A stretch of DNA of 64,000 nt from Rhizophagus irregularis. Taxonomy: Eukaryota. The stretch spans positions 3,658,001-3,722,000 of the forward strand of contig NC_089433.1 in NCBI RefSeq assembly GCF_026210795.1, read 5' to 3'. This document shows, piece by piece, positions 1-13,894 of this stretch (positions are counted from its first letter, which is position 1; each line of letters opens with the position of its first letter). Position numbers and translations under genes: made by a program. A model generated the notes under the pieces. The model did not search any database, was not told the DNA's origin, and saw only the letters and a list, made by a program, of their open reading frames with translations.

Positions 1-571
1 AGTATTTCAATACAAAATAATGCTGTGATTGATGAATAATTAAATATAATTCAATAATAAGAAATCAGATAACAAATATGAAGTATAAACATAAAAAAAA
101 TTTTTCACATTTTTAACACTTGATATGCACTCTTTTTCAAGAATTCCTCTAGGAAATTTCTTCATTTTACCGGTGATTGTAAATCTCTGCATTTACCTAT
201 TATAAGAAAGAAAAATTATTAATAGTGTGCTAAATTTTTATTTAATGGTAAAGAAGACATAGCCAATTCCTCCTTTAGAATTAGCAGACTTTACTAATAA
301 CAAAGTAGGATGTTATTTGCTTGAGTTGGTTATCAAGTGAACAAGAAAAATAAAAAAAAAAATAAAAAAAGAAAAAGGGAATAAAAAAAATAAAAATAAA
401 AATAAAATAAAAAAGAAAAAGCAGGTAATTTCATAGGAATTACCCACTTTGCTCACCCTTACCCAACCCAAACAAATAAATCCAGTACCCTCCTAAGTAA
501 AATTTGTGAACTCCCCGACTCATTGAGTTATCCGTTCTAATTTTGACTTAAGAAGTTACCCACTTTGCAAA

Positions 572-1622
572 TAAAAAAATACACACCTCTTTTAAAGTCT
601 TCTAAGCCATTTTACACACATTTAGAAAACTGGCAATACTCCATTCAGAGAGCTTTCGTCTGTTGTCTAGTGTTTCAATACAAAATAGTGCTGTAACTGG
701 TAAATAATTGCCCATAAATTTTGATCAGATTTAAGTCAGGGCTGTTGGATGACCACTCTAACACTACTGGAACATTTTCCTTAAGAAAGGCTTTTGCAAG
801 ACGGCTGGTATGCTTAGGATCGTTGTCTTGTTAGAAGTGCCAACAATCACCAAGCATCTGGAAGATCTCAGGAATATGTGTACGAAGAATTTTCACATAA
901 AATTTGGCGTTCATAATTTGTTTAAAACAAAATAATTTTGTTTTTCCTTTCACGCAGAAACTACCCACGCCATAATCTTTTTACGATCTTTAGGCATATG
1001 CTGAACCGGTCTTTCTCCTTTATACCATCATTCAACGGTGTTTCTAAAGAGTTGAAGAGCAGTTTTATCAGTAAAAATAGTTTTATCCATCAGTTATTAA
1101 TATGTTTTTTTGCCCACTCCACATGCTTTACCTTGTGTGTTTCAGTTAGCATAGGGTTGCTTTAGGCAGTCTTTTTATATAACCAATACTTGAAAGATGC
1201 CTTCCAACGGTTCTATACGATACTTCTACGCCTATATTTTCTAATTTTCTTGCCAAAATTCTTGTGGAAAGAGACGTATCATGCCCTACACATTGACCAA
1301 GTGCACGGGTAATCTTTTTGGGTCTGTCATTCCCCCAGCATGCTTTATAGTCCCATTTTCTTTTAATTTTTTTATATTATCGTAAATAGTGGACTTTGGG
1401 ATGTTTGTTAACCTATGTAATTCTTTTACATTATGAATACCGTTATTCCATAAATGTAACAAGACTTCACGAGACGTTTTTCAAAGAAGACATTATGATG
1501 GGAATTTTCTTGCGGAAGGAAAGGTGTAGGTAAACACAAAGGTCATATTATTTATTATTTGTTATTATGGTACAAATTTGACTTATATGTATGGCGTTCT
1601 GAAAAAGGGGTGTATTTTTTTT
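572..1622 (-). mobile_element. Degenerate Tc1/mariner (DD34E-type) transposon with a broken transposase
   Basis: Minus-strand translation across frameshifts and stops gives IPKSTIY, RPKKIT, VSYRTV, W.KTxFTD-like, QDNDPKHTS and W.SNSPDLN, which are Tc1 motifs. AAAAAAATACAC(A)CCTCTTTT (~572-592) is inverted relative to AAAAGGGGTGTATTTTTTTT (~1602-1622). Ends are approximate. Confidence 0.8.
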
Positions 1623-2699
1623 TTAGAGAAAACTGATGTATATATACACGTAAAAAAATCGTGACTCGCGACTCGTGAGTAAAAAATGATTGTATGATGA
1701 TGTGCGGAGCTTGTTAATCGCGCCTATCGATATAGTTTAATTTATATTAGCTGTTAGTGACTTAGTGTATTAATATGTAAATATATTAAGTGGCTTTGTG
1801 ATTAAAATAGTATAATTTTATGTCCGACATGATTATTTTGGGAATACAGTGATGAAAAAAAGATGATGTCAAAATCATTGTACTACATCACTTGAAATAA
1901 TAAAGATCTAAATTTTTTGATTTACGATTTTTTATATATATTTTGTTTTATTTTATTTAGAGTAGCGTCCCTTAGTTTGTAATTTGAATAATTTCATTGC
2001 ATTAACACTTTAAATAAAGTATTATATTATTATACAGTTGATTATTCGTAAAAATTTATTGTCGTATTGCAATGTAGCGACTAGCGAGTAACGAGTAGTA
2101 CCTTGAATTGAAAACGAGTCAAATTATAATATAAGGTTATTTCGATAGAATTTTTGTGATTGATTAAAAAAAATTATATTCATAAATAATAATATACAGT
2201 AAATCACGTCTAACTATGCAGTAGAGATCTTTGGTAGAAACTTTTATCCGAATCAACAAAATCAGTTGATATGTGGCGTAATTCTACATTAGAATATATT
2301 AGGAAAAATGCGCTTTCGTCATGATGATCAAAAAATCTAGAATTGAAAATTTAAAGAGTTATTCGAGTTTGATTCTTGTTTTACCCTATAAAAAATTTAT
2401 TCCGTGTTTTTTTGTTCCATATTATTTCCACAAAAATGTACCATACTCACGGAATTTATAGCCTCAAAGAACGGAATTGTTTGAATTTTTAGTAAATATA
2501 TCATATTCACGGAGTTTTACAGAAATTATGGATAAAATTTTTCAGTTACAGGTTAATATTTATTTTAATTTGAAATATTTACTAAAGTGCACTATTTTTT
2601 GTCACATTATTCTTCAAAATATTTGTAATGACGGAAAATTCTTCTCAGATGTTTAACCTTAATTTTCAATTTTTTATGGTAACAGGGAAATTTTTTACA

Positions 2700-2875
2700 G
2701 TTATTTCATAATGTACAGGACGCTTGAGTGACTTGACAAATTTTATGCGAACTTGCCGGCTAGTCGAGTTGTTAGTAGCCAATCAATTTACACTCTGTGA
2801 TAATCACGTGATATTTGAAATCACGTGTTTGTTTTCAATTTGCTGATAATCCGACAAGCCGGCAAGTTCTAGCAT
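2700..2875. repeat. Palindromic MITE-like repeat, copy 1 (related copy at ~49400-49570)
   Basis: ACTTGCCGGCTAGTCG and CCGACAAGCCGGCAAGT form an inverted repeat around TAGCCAATCA and two TCACGTG motifs. TTTCATAATGTACAG at ~2704 is the reverse complement of CTGTACATTATGAAA at ~49553. Confidence 0.6.
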
Positions 2876-4198
2876 TAACCAGTTTCAACCTCTGAACTAA
2901 AAATATTTGTTATCAAGTACTACGAACTTCACATATGTTGCACAATGTAATGCGTTTGACAACAAATTATTATTAATCAATAGATTAAGAGTATATTATT
3001 AAAAAAAAAATAAAATCTAAATAATTATGTAATTTTAATTTGTTACCAACTTATATATAGTATATCTTATGTATACGAAAAAAAAATAAAAATTGGATAT
3101 AGAACTTTCATAAAAAAGTCTTGAACGTTTCGATCATTAATTGGAAATCCTTTGAAGTAGCTAATAAAATTCAAAAGTTCCATTCCTAAGTAAACGATAT
3201 TAGTTAGGAATAAATTAAACATGTATTGTTTGCTTATTTTGTAATCAAATGTTTTTTTTTTTCAGAAATGGCGGGAGATGCTCTTTAAATTATTAGTGAA
3301 TCAGAAATTTATTAAAAGTACTTACGAAAGAATACTAAAATGTTAAAATGTTACAGAATATTATCTTATATAAAAATTCTCTTTGGTTTACGAAGCTGAC
3401 TTTAGGTTTGCTCAACTTTCGAGAATTGTTGAAAAAATAATGATTGACTCTCAATCAGAAACACACTGCAACTCACGGTTCAAATTTTCGGACTACTGAT
3501 AAAATCACTTTATCTCAAATTTTATTTTCATATTGAATTCGCCATATCGCCCCCTTCATCAGAAATTTTTTTAACCAAATAGGAAAAAACGCTATGTTCA
3601 TAATTTTACTGATTAGCGAATATTTTGATTTTCACTTGAGATATCCCAAAAGCGTTGGATAAGATTTGTTAAAATTTTCCATTTTATTGGTCTTTATTTA
3701 TGAAAGGGTAATAAAAAAACAGATCAATGAGAACTATTAAAGTCAGAAAGTCAGAAAAAAAAATACCACCATCTTGCCTAATATAATCTCGTCCACGTGA
3801 TATTATCAAAATTAAACGTCATCACCAACAAAATTTGCACTTTTCGATGACATTATGGCATTAAATCATTTAAATGTGGCATTTGAGTTTTCTTCTAATT
3901 TTTCCACTTGGCAAAAAATGCTAAATATACTTAGTTACTTACCTTATTTAGATTTACTCACCTTTAACATAAACCGTATTTATTTCTCATTCAGAAAGTT
4001 ATCAAAAAAAGATTTATAATACGTAGAGTTACTTGAAGTCGCATAAGGGTAAATCTTTTTAACTTTTTCGATAAAAATGTTATTAGGGATAATATCAATG
4101 ATTTATTAAAGCTTTTATTTGTAATCGATTTAATTACAGGAAACATCCAATTTTTTGTCATATGATAAAATCGCCATGAATTAAATTACATATGATAT

Positions 4199-5725
4199 TC
4201 ATCCTTGTAAATAATCAATAAGATTACTATTTAAATTGTCAGATAAACTTAAATCATTAAAACTTCTAACTTTAATATTATGTAACTTAAATTCCTTTAC
4301 TTCATCTTCCAAATCATACAAATCTCCATTATACCTGCTCTTAATAGCTAAATACTTTACTCTTTTTTCATTCATAATAAATTCCTTTGTATAACGTAAA
4401 ATATCATCCCTACCTATTTGCATTATTAATAATTTATTAATAAAAGTATCTTTTGAATTTTGTAAGAATATTCTAAATTCACTTCTGTTAATAGTAAGAA
4501 CTAAACTTAAGTATTCTAATTTAGAAGGAAGAGCTTGACCTAAATTTTGTAATATGATTGAACTACCTTCAATATTATCATAACCATCTTTCACAATATT
4601 GATTGAAAGATAACTAAGATTTTGTCTAATAATATTTTCGAAACTTTGATAAGTAATTTGACTTTCATATCCATGAAAATCAAAAAATTTGAGATTTTTA
4701 CAATATTTAATAATTAATTCTGAATATCTTTGATTTAATAATAATCCAAATAATCCAAGTTTACACCCAAAATTTTCTAAATAATTTCCAGATTTTTGTA
4801 ATAATAATTCCATTGATTCAATTTCTGGTAACTCTTTTATAAATAAAGATTTTAATTTAAATGGTTTAATTAAATTATTAATTTGTTGAGAAAAATTCTC
4901 ATTTAAAGAATAACAATAAATAATATGAACAGATTCTAAAACATTTAATTGTTCGAATATATTATTAATTAAATGCTTCAAATTAGCTCGATAAAATATA
5001 ATTGTATTTAAGGTATTTGAAAAATTAAAATCTTTTGATAATAATAATGAGTCATTTGAACGTAAATTAATACATCCTGTTAATAAAAATTTTTTTGGAT
5101 TTTGATGTGATTTAATTAATTGTAATATATTATCATTAATCCTATTACAACAATCATACCCATAATATTTTAAATTTCTAATATTATTAATGAAATTTGG
5201 ATTTTTTAAAATTAATTTAATAATATTATCATAAATTGTGTCTTTACAAAGAGTGAAAATTTCAATTTCAAGAGTATGTAATTTTATTTCATTTTCGATA
5301 AATATTTTAAATAATGCTGTACATATATCATTCAATATTTTAAATCTAATTTCGAAGGGTGAAGTTTTATTGATATCTTTAAGCCACTTTTCAAAAGAAT
5401 AAGCAAACTTATATATATTCAAATATTTTAAAAATATATAATAATTGAAGAATGTATTTGAAGGTAATGAATTATTAATAATTTCATATTCTTTTAATTG
5501 TGTTTTAATATCTTCATTTAAATATTGTAAGTAAATTTCTAAATGTTTATAGTTTCTGGTACGGATTGAAAATGGGTTTTCCCATAATAATGGAATCGCT
5601 AAACGACACCATAATCTGTTAACTAAAACGCATGAATATAAAGTTGAAAAATCATTATGAAAATATTTTGTAACTTCATAAGTTAATTCGGGCAAATCCC
5701 CTAAAAATATTTTTGAACATGACAT
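4199..5725 (-). CDS. F-box-like / RNI-type LRR protein (Glomeromycotina-type expanded family)
   Basis: 508-aa single-exon ORF. The N-terminus LPEL...LYSCVLVNRLWCRLAIPLLWENPF is F-box-like and is followed by degenerate Leu-rich repeats. Confidence 0.85.
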   Translation of the reverse strand: MSCSKIFLGDLPELTYEVTKYFHNDFSTLYSCVLVNRLWCRLAIPLLWENPFSIRTRNYKHLEIYLQYLNEDIKTQLKEYEIINNSLPSNTFFNYYIFLKYLNIYKFAYSFEKWLKDINKTSPFEIRFKILNDICTALFKIFIENEIKLHTLEIEIFTLCKDTIYDNIIKLILKNPNFINNIRNLKYYGYDCCNRINDNILQLIKSHQNPKKFLLTGCINLRSNDSLLLSKDFNFSNTLNTIIFYRANLKHLINNIFEQLNVLESVHIIYCYSLNENFSQQINNLIKPFKLKSLFIKELPEIESMELLLQKSGNYLENFGCKLGLFGLLLNQRYSELIIKYCKNLKFFDFHGYESQITYQSFENIIRQNLSYLSINIVKDGYDNIEGSSIILQNLGQALPSKLEYLSLVLTINRSEFRIFLQNSKDTFINKLLIMQIGRDDILRYTKEFIMNEKRVKYLAIKSRYNGDLYDLEDEVKEFKLHNIKVRSFNDLSLSDNLNSNLIDYLQG

Positions 5726-6493
5726 ATTGTAAACGAAAGAAGGGAAGTAGGGGGAGAGGGTATCAATATGTATTGTCTAAATATACTGATATTTGTCGCA
5801 CAATTTTTGCCAATTTTGCGTAACCGCCGTAACGTCATAACGTAATTATGTCAATCACACTTGGTCAAAAAATTATAATTGGTCAAAGTTTAGAAACTTT
5901 GACACTGAACTAAAAGACTTGTATACATATTAAATTTTCCAATTTATGAAATTTATCATAATTAGTCATAAACTGTTATTTTATTGTCAATAAAAATGAT
6001 CAACATTCATAATATCATATGAATCTAATGATCAAATCATTTCAAATGGTCAGCGTTCATTACATTAATCAATTATTCCACATTATAGAAATTATAGAAT
6101 ATGAAAAATCCATATTTAATCAAAAATCTTGAAAATCCAATTTTTTAACTCTTACTAGAGTAATAATTAACCACGCTGGAAAATTAATTTCCCTAAAAAC
6201 TGGTTAGAATTTTTTCTACTCCTTTGGGGTTCTCTCATTACAACTTTTACTCCTGTTATTCTCATTTTGTAATATCTTATTAAATGTACTAATTATTATA
6301 TAGCGCTGGTTAGTTTCAATAAGATAATATTTATGATGAAATTACATTGGCTACTTTGTTTGGATTGTTGGACCGATAAAAACAATAAAAATTCTTGATA
6401 ATCTTAATACCAAATAAATAAATATAATATATTTATTTAGTAACTTTATCGTAATACAAAAGAATATTCCTATCTATTATTACTACTAAATAG

Positions 6494-7112
6494 TTAATTA
6501 AGTTCCTTTAGTATAAAATCATACAAGTTAATCACTAAGTCATAATAACTTTGCACTTTAATATCATACAACATAAATTCCTTCACTTCGTCTTTAAATG
6601 AAAACCATTCATTTCCAGTATCATTAATAGCCAAATACTTAGCCCTTCTCTTTTTCATTATATATGTTTTTATAAAAGGTAAAATAACTTGAACTTTAAT
6701 GTTACTGATCAATAATTTCTTAATAAAAGTATCTTGAGATTTTTTTAGAAATACTTCAAAATCACATGCTTTAACATTGCATAAATACAAATCTAAATAT
6801 TCTAATTTAGGAGGAATAATTTGTCCTAACTTTTGTAATAAAAATGAACTAAGCTCTTTATTATAATATGTTTTGATTGAAAGATAATTAAGATTTTGTT
6901 TAATATTTTCAATTAAATTGAGTGCTGAATAAATAATCTGATTAACATTTATATTCAAATCAAGAAATTTGATATTTTTACAATGTTTCATAATTAATTC
7001 TAATAATTGTTCCATTCTCTGAGAGTTCTGAGTTAATTCAATTAGCTCAGTAAAATCATACCAAAAATTTTCTAAATAACCACAAGACTTTTGTATTAAT
7101 AATTTTAATGAC
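6494..7112 (-). pseudogene. 5'-truncated paralog of the F-box/LRR gene (C-terminal third only)
   Basis: The frame SLKLLIQKSCGYLENF...LGQIIPPKLEYL...KYLAI aligns with the C-terminus of 4199-5725. Homology stops near 7112 and there is no F-box upstream. Confidence 0.75.
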
Positions 7113-7485
7113 TAGCTGATTATTTAAAAAAATCACGGGTATTCACAAATTTTTAAAAATTGATTATTTTTAGGGGGTGTTACGCTATGATCGCACTAAA
7201 TTGAAAACGGGCGATAAAAAATTATTTTTAATTATTTCGTATTACTTATTTTATATTATAATTATATATAATTTAATCTAACTAGATTAATTCTTTATTT
7301 TGATAATATTATTATTATAAGGCGTGTATTAATGATTTGCATGTACACAAATGCCAAATTCAGCCTTCAAGTGAACAAATTTACTGCATCATTTATGTAA
7401 TTATGACCTTTTTTATTGTGCTGATCACATTTTATTTATTTATTTATTTATTTTTTTTTTCAAAAAAAAAGAATACTACAAAACC

Positions 7486-10400
7486 ATGTCGTCTCAAGAT
7501 AAAGCTGTTATTTGTGAATGTTGTGGCAACCCATATACAGTTCATGGTTATAAATGGTGTAAACCATGTCAAATAAATAAATTAAAACAAAATTTTACAA
7601 ATTGGTCCAGTGGAAATGAAAAAATTGACGAATTAATTCAAGAATTTCAATTGAAAATTAATCGTCATGATGATATAATAGTTGAATGGATACCGTATAA
7701 CCAGTTTAATGATATTAAAGAAATAGATAAAGATGATACTGCTACACTATATTCAGCGACATGGATGAATGGTCAATTGAAATATGAAAATTATAAAGTG
7801 GAAAAGAAAAGGGTACCTAATGAAAAAGTTGCTTTGAAATGTATGTATAATTCACAAAATATCACAAATGAATTTTTAAGTGAGGTACGTAATTCTTAAT
7901 TTCTTTCTTGATAAATTCAATTATAATTCAATTTTTAAAGTGCCTATTACATTAATAATAACTTTTTTTTGTATCTTTAATAGGTTAAATCATTTTCAAT
8001 TTATAGATTTGATTATGATATTCTTAAAATATATGGAATATCTCAAAATCCAGAAACAAGAGATTATATTATAGTGTTTCAAGAAAGATATTGTGAAACC
8101 TGTGGCAAAATATGCAAAGATTTGCGGCGTTGTTGGTGCAAGCCATGTAAAATAAATAATTTAAAACAAAATTTCACAAATTGGACCAGCGGAAATGAAA
8201 TAATTGATGAATTTATTCAGGAAATGCAAATGAAAATTAAGAATTTTACGGATATAATAGTTGAATGGATACCATATAACCGGTTTAATGATATCAAAGA
8301 AATAAGTAAGGATGATACTGCTACACTATATTCAGCAATATGGATAGATGGTCCATTAAAATATTTAGATGTTAAAATTAATGAATGGAAATACGAACGG
8401 TTACCTAATAAAAGAGTTGCTTTAAGATGTGTTTATAATTCACAAAAATTTATAGATGAGGTATGGAATAATTTCTTAGTAATTCAAATACTTTCTATTA
8501 TAATATTTTCATTTATATACTTTTAATAGGCTAAAGGATATTCAATTGATGATCACGAATATGATATTCCTCATATATATGGAATAACTCAAAATGCGAA
8601 TACAAAAGATTATATTATTGTACTTGATGATAGATATTGTAAAAATTGTGGAAAAATAGGCGAAATATACACAAATGAAAAAATTCAATGGTGCAAACCA
8701 TGTCAGATAAATAATTTAAACCAAAACTTGACCAGTGGAAATGAAAAAATTGATAATTTTATTCAGGAAATGCAATTAAAAATTGAAAAATATCATAGTA
8801 AAATAGTTGAATGGATACCATACAACCAGTTTAGTAACATTAAAATAATAACCAAAGATGATTTTACTACGCTATATTCAGCAATATGGATAGATGGCCC
8901 ATTATATTTTGGTATGTGTAGTTGCATAAGGGTCATGCCTAATAAAAAAGTTGTTTTGAAATGTTTATCATATAACTCTCAAAATATCACTGATGAATTT
9001 TTAAGTGAGGTACTCTTAATTTCTTGATAATCCAATTATTTCTATATAATTCACATTATAACTTTTTCGTATATTTGTTTTTACAGGCTAGATTATGTTT
9101 TGATAATAATACAAATAATGATTTATTTAAATATGGAATATCCCAAAATCCAAATACAAATGATTATATTATTGTATTTGGAGATGATTATTGTGAAATT
9201 TGTGGTAAAGTATATACTGATACAACTCGTAAATATTGCGAATCATGTTTAATAAATGATTTAAAAAAAAAATTTGCAAATTGGACAAGTGGAAATGATA
9301 AAATTGATGAATTTATTCAAGAAATGCAAATGAAAATGAATGGTTATGATGATATACTAGTTGAATGGATACCATATAATCAGTTTGATAATATTAAAGA
9401 AGTAGGAAAAGGTGGTTTTGCTATGGTATATTCAGCAATATGGAAGGATGGTCCATTTATATATCATTATGGTAAAAGTGTTAATGAAAATTATAAAAGA
9501 AGTCCTAATAGGGTAGTTGCTTTAAAAAATTTATATAATTCACAAAATATTTCTAATGAATTTTTAAATGAGGTATGAATTACTTATAATTTATTAAAAA
9601 TTATTATCATGTTAAAAAATTTAATTAACTTTATATTTTTTTTATTAGATTAAAAAATATTCCATCAAGTTTAATGATAATATTCTTAAAATATATGGAA
9701 TATCTCAAAATCCAGATACAAAAGACTATATTATGGTTTTTGAATATGCAAATGGTGGAAATTTTATTAATTATATTAATAATTATGCTGTAAATTGGTC
9801 TTGGCATGAAAGATTAGAAGCATTAGAAAATGTAATTAATGGTCTTAAAATAATTCATGAAAATGATATGGTTCATCGTGATTTTCATACAGGAAACATC
9901 TTATCATTTATTAATGTACAAGGTGGTGATGAAAATCTTGATAGTTCATTTTATATATCAGATATGGGGTTATGTGGAGATGTTAGTAATGTAGATGAAA
10001 CAAAACTTTATGGGGTTATGCCTTTTATGTCACCTGAAGTATTGAGAGGAAATCCATATACTAAAGCGGCAGATATATATAGTTTTGGTATGATTATGTA
10101 TTTCGTAGCAACTGGTATGCAACCTTTCTTTAACTGTGCTCATGATGAATTTTTAGTACTAAATATATGTGATGGAATTAGACCTGAAATAAATGAACAA
10201 AAAGCACCAAAATGTTATATTGAATTAATGAAAAGGTGTTGGGATTCAGATCCAAATAACAGACCAAGTGCTATTAAAATAGAAGAATTAATTAATTCTT
10301 TTATGTATCCTGAAAATAAAGAAATTATAGTGCAATTTAAAGAAGCGGAAGAATATAGGAAAGCAAATTTTTTATCTATTAAAAATAATCAATTAACTAC

Positions 10401-10497
10401 TCATTCACAAGCTTATTATACTTCTCGATTACTCAATCAATTTACAAGAGTTCTTACTGAATGTTTAGATTGTTTAGACTGTTCAATTGATGATTAA
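7486..10497 (+). CDS. TKL-type protein kinase with four tandem CxxC-CxxC + kinase N-lobe modules; exons 7486-7884, 7984-8460, 8530-9009, 9087-9572, 9649-10497 (896 aa)
   Basis: Phase-0 GT-AG introns join the five ORF pieces into one open frame of 2691 nt. Motifs GKGGF, VALK, HRDFHTGN, SDMG, MSPE and DIYSFG are present. Confidence 0.9.
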
Positions 10498-11649
10498 ACT
10501 AAAAAGAAGATTTATATTTTATTCTGTAAATTAAATTAAACATTATATTATAAGATAAAACATATATAGTTAGACATTTATGCCAAGTTGCCAATATTAT
10601 TATATAGAATTATAGTATTTATTTTTTATATTTAAAAATTAATTTTAAATGTAAATGAATCTATTTTACTGACAAATCGTTAAAATTCCATTTTATTATG
10701 GAAATACTAATACGGAATTTTTAATTTAATATGATATTTAATGTGTACTGTTAGGATTATTTGACTTGTCAGGATATGATAATAAATGAGGAATTGGCAA
10801 TTATTAAAGTTTTTATTCTTTCACAAAAGGAAAATATTAACATTTATTTTTTTTCAAGTTGATTTTGCTATCAATTCTTTTTATCATTTCTTCTGAAGCT
10901 ATGAATGAGTTTTATTTCAATACTTGAAAATTTTCTTTTAAATTATTATTCAATTTTCTTTTTATATTACTTTCTTTTTATATTAGTCAATTTTTTATTA
11001 AACTCTTATTATTATTTTATTTGATCATACATTCATAATCTCAGTGATCTCACATAAGTAAAACAAGTTATATAATAATTTACATACATTTTCAAGGGTT
11101 AAAATTTAAAAAATCGTTGATAATCCAAAATATTATGACCATAATATTTCTACATTTGATAATCCATCAAATTTTAAACGTTAAATTATAATTGCGTGCT
11201 TTTTGGAATGGAAGGAATAGGAAGGTACTGATTGAACGGGAAGAATCTTATACTGCGTTATTTTAGTGACGTAATTATTTATTTATTTATTTATTTATTA
11301 ATGAAATATTTATTTATCTAGCTAAATAAGAACTTGGATTAGGACACTTATCTCAAAATGGATAAGTTCACAACAAATAGATGTTATACTGCGGAAATTT
11401 GGTAAATAACAAAATTATTGTTTATTGAATTAACTAATTTATTATTAATTACTAATGAATTGTTTTACTAAATAAAACTTGGACAGATATTTAGCTCGAA
11501 ATGAATGGTTGTAATGGATTAAGCATTATGATAGTTCAGACATATAGACTATTATTGCTAACTAATAGCGATTTTATCCGAATTTTACTCAGTTTTAGGT
11601 GGATTTTACCAATTTTATTTAAACAGTCCAACTTTTCCCAGATCTTAAT

Positions 11650-11964
11650 AGCCCTGTTCATTCGCATTTTTCGGAGTTAATTTTTGATTGGGCTGATCAG
11701 TTTGTACAACGTAACTATTTTCTGAATTTTTAGCCCAATTTTTTTGGTTGTTTTTTGGTCGAACGCCAAAAATAACCAACCAAAATTAGATAATTTCTGT
11801 TAACGTGACATTTAAGAAAAAATATATATCAATAGAAGGAGTTCGAACTAAATTTCAATCTAAAGCAGTTCAATTTGCGATCGAAAATAAAAAAATTTTA
11901 TTGGATAATTTTTATACAACAAAATCCGACCGAAAAATGCAACCGACCGGAAATGAACAGGGCT
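11650..11964. mobile_element. 315-bp MITE, PIF/Harbinger-like
   Basis: TIR AGCCCTGTTCATT...AATGAACAGGGCT, flanked by AAT on both sides (11647-11649, 11965-11967). A TA TSD with ends 1 bp shorter is also compatible. Confidence 0.75.
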
Positions 11965-13894
11965 AATAAGTCTGACGGATTTTACCGATTTTACCAGGCT
12001 TTTTTTAAAAACAACTTTGTAATTTTTTTAGATTGCTGATTAATAAATTATACATTATTAAACAGTTAACAAAACTATAAACCTTTGTTACTATAAACAC
12101 AATAATCATAAAAAAAACCTAATAACTTATAAAAATATAAAAAATTTTAGACAGTCTGGCAGTGACGAAGTCACCGCACATAAACTTAATCTAGTTTATT
12201 ATTTAACCTCAATCGATAATTACTGGAATCGAATTTTAAAAATTTTCATATATTAAAAATCGAAACACGTGAATGATAGTTAAATTACTGCGTCATCAAT
12301 TAAGATTTTATGTGTGTTTCGCCAAAAGTCAATCATGAACTAAATTAAGGATAAATTATGGAATTTTTTTTTTTGAATTGATATTTTAAATGAACTATAT
12401 TGGAAATTTAAAATTTTACCTTTGGTAAAACCACAATTGAGTTTAAATTATAACGTATACTGCATAATTAACTGCATAAACCGGAAAAAAAGGCTCGAAA
12501 AATCACGTGTCTTGTTTCATCACTTGTTTACTCCCTCCGTTTTTCGATTTTTCATAAGTATCTGATGTCATGCCAGCAGTATAATAATATTTTTAGGTTA
12601 TTTATGACCATTACAATAACATTTTCATTATTGAAATGTTTTTTTTTTCCTTAGAAAAGAACCTGTCTATGATAACATTCCCAAAAATTTGCTGCAGAAA
12701 ATTTCAGGTCTAAAATTACATTTACTTTACTCGTTGGTTAAATTTATCGCCGAACAAGCTTGACGTCATGTCACTACATCCGATCCATTTTACTATTAAC
12801 TAACATAAGATGAATCAGATGAATCCTGCTATTTCTAATACCTATATTTAGTTCTTTAAATTTAAAAGTATATAGTCTTTAAATAATATATTATATCTTT
12901 TCAAATATCAACTATCGAATATTTAATATTAAGTGTTTATATAACTTTTGTCATGGATTATATATAAATATCAGAATTCGGATTCGTGATATTTTAATCT
13001 GTGTAGATAATTATAATACCGTATTATTAATATGAAACGGTTTATTTTCCTATTTGCATGATCTTTTGTATTACTATATTGACAAACAACCGGATCAATA
13101 TATAAAACTTTCAAATAAAAATGTTAAAGTATATATTATTGAATAACCTATAATCAAATTTTATAAAATTTCTTTTATCATAAAATAAAAAATAAAATAA
13201 AATAAATAAAGTGAATTATCTGCGCATGAGTTCCTGTCTGCAATCATGATTTGTTAGCTTGTTTTATATAAATATTTAAGTACATACAAGAAAGTTTGAA
13301 AGTAAACGTCTGATATAGATGAGATATTATGGTTACCAATGTTATTAGGTCTTTAGGATAATAATCCATTAATTCGTGGTACTTTTTTACGCACTAAAAA
13401 AAATGGAAGTAGAAAGAACGTTAATAGAATCTGACAAAAATATTCTATCCATATGATGTTCATTTAATCATAATTTCTGTCACTTAGCTAATTAAAAAAA
13501 TGATAACTCTCATATCACACGAACCAACTCATACTCTGTAAATATGACTCATATTGACCTATACAATATTATTATTATTATTATGAGCCAGTTAAGGCCA
13601 AATTTAGCAAATATCGGCTATTCATAATATGATATTACGTAATAATTGTGTCTGATCTTCTCACACTCAGCCTCAAACGCGTAGAACACGACGTGTTAAT
13701 GGTATCAATTTTCAGAAAAAAAAAGTATATATATCCTATATTTTTTCCATTTGTCTCAATTTTTATTCGTACATTTAACATATTAACATACTTTTTCGAA
13801 CAATATATATCTGTTGTAAAATCATTAGATGCCAAAGGTTACAAACTTTCGCAAAGGTCTTCTAAGCCATTATATACAATAGAGAGCCACAGCA

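Noticed and set aside
938..1165. 75-aa plus-strand ORF and other short antisense ORFs (e.g. 23356, 35346, 36073, 44396, 47849)
   Set aside because: They are shadow frames opposite real or decayed coding sequence.
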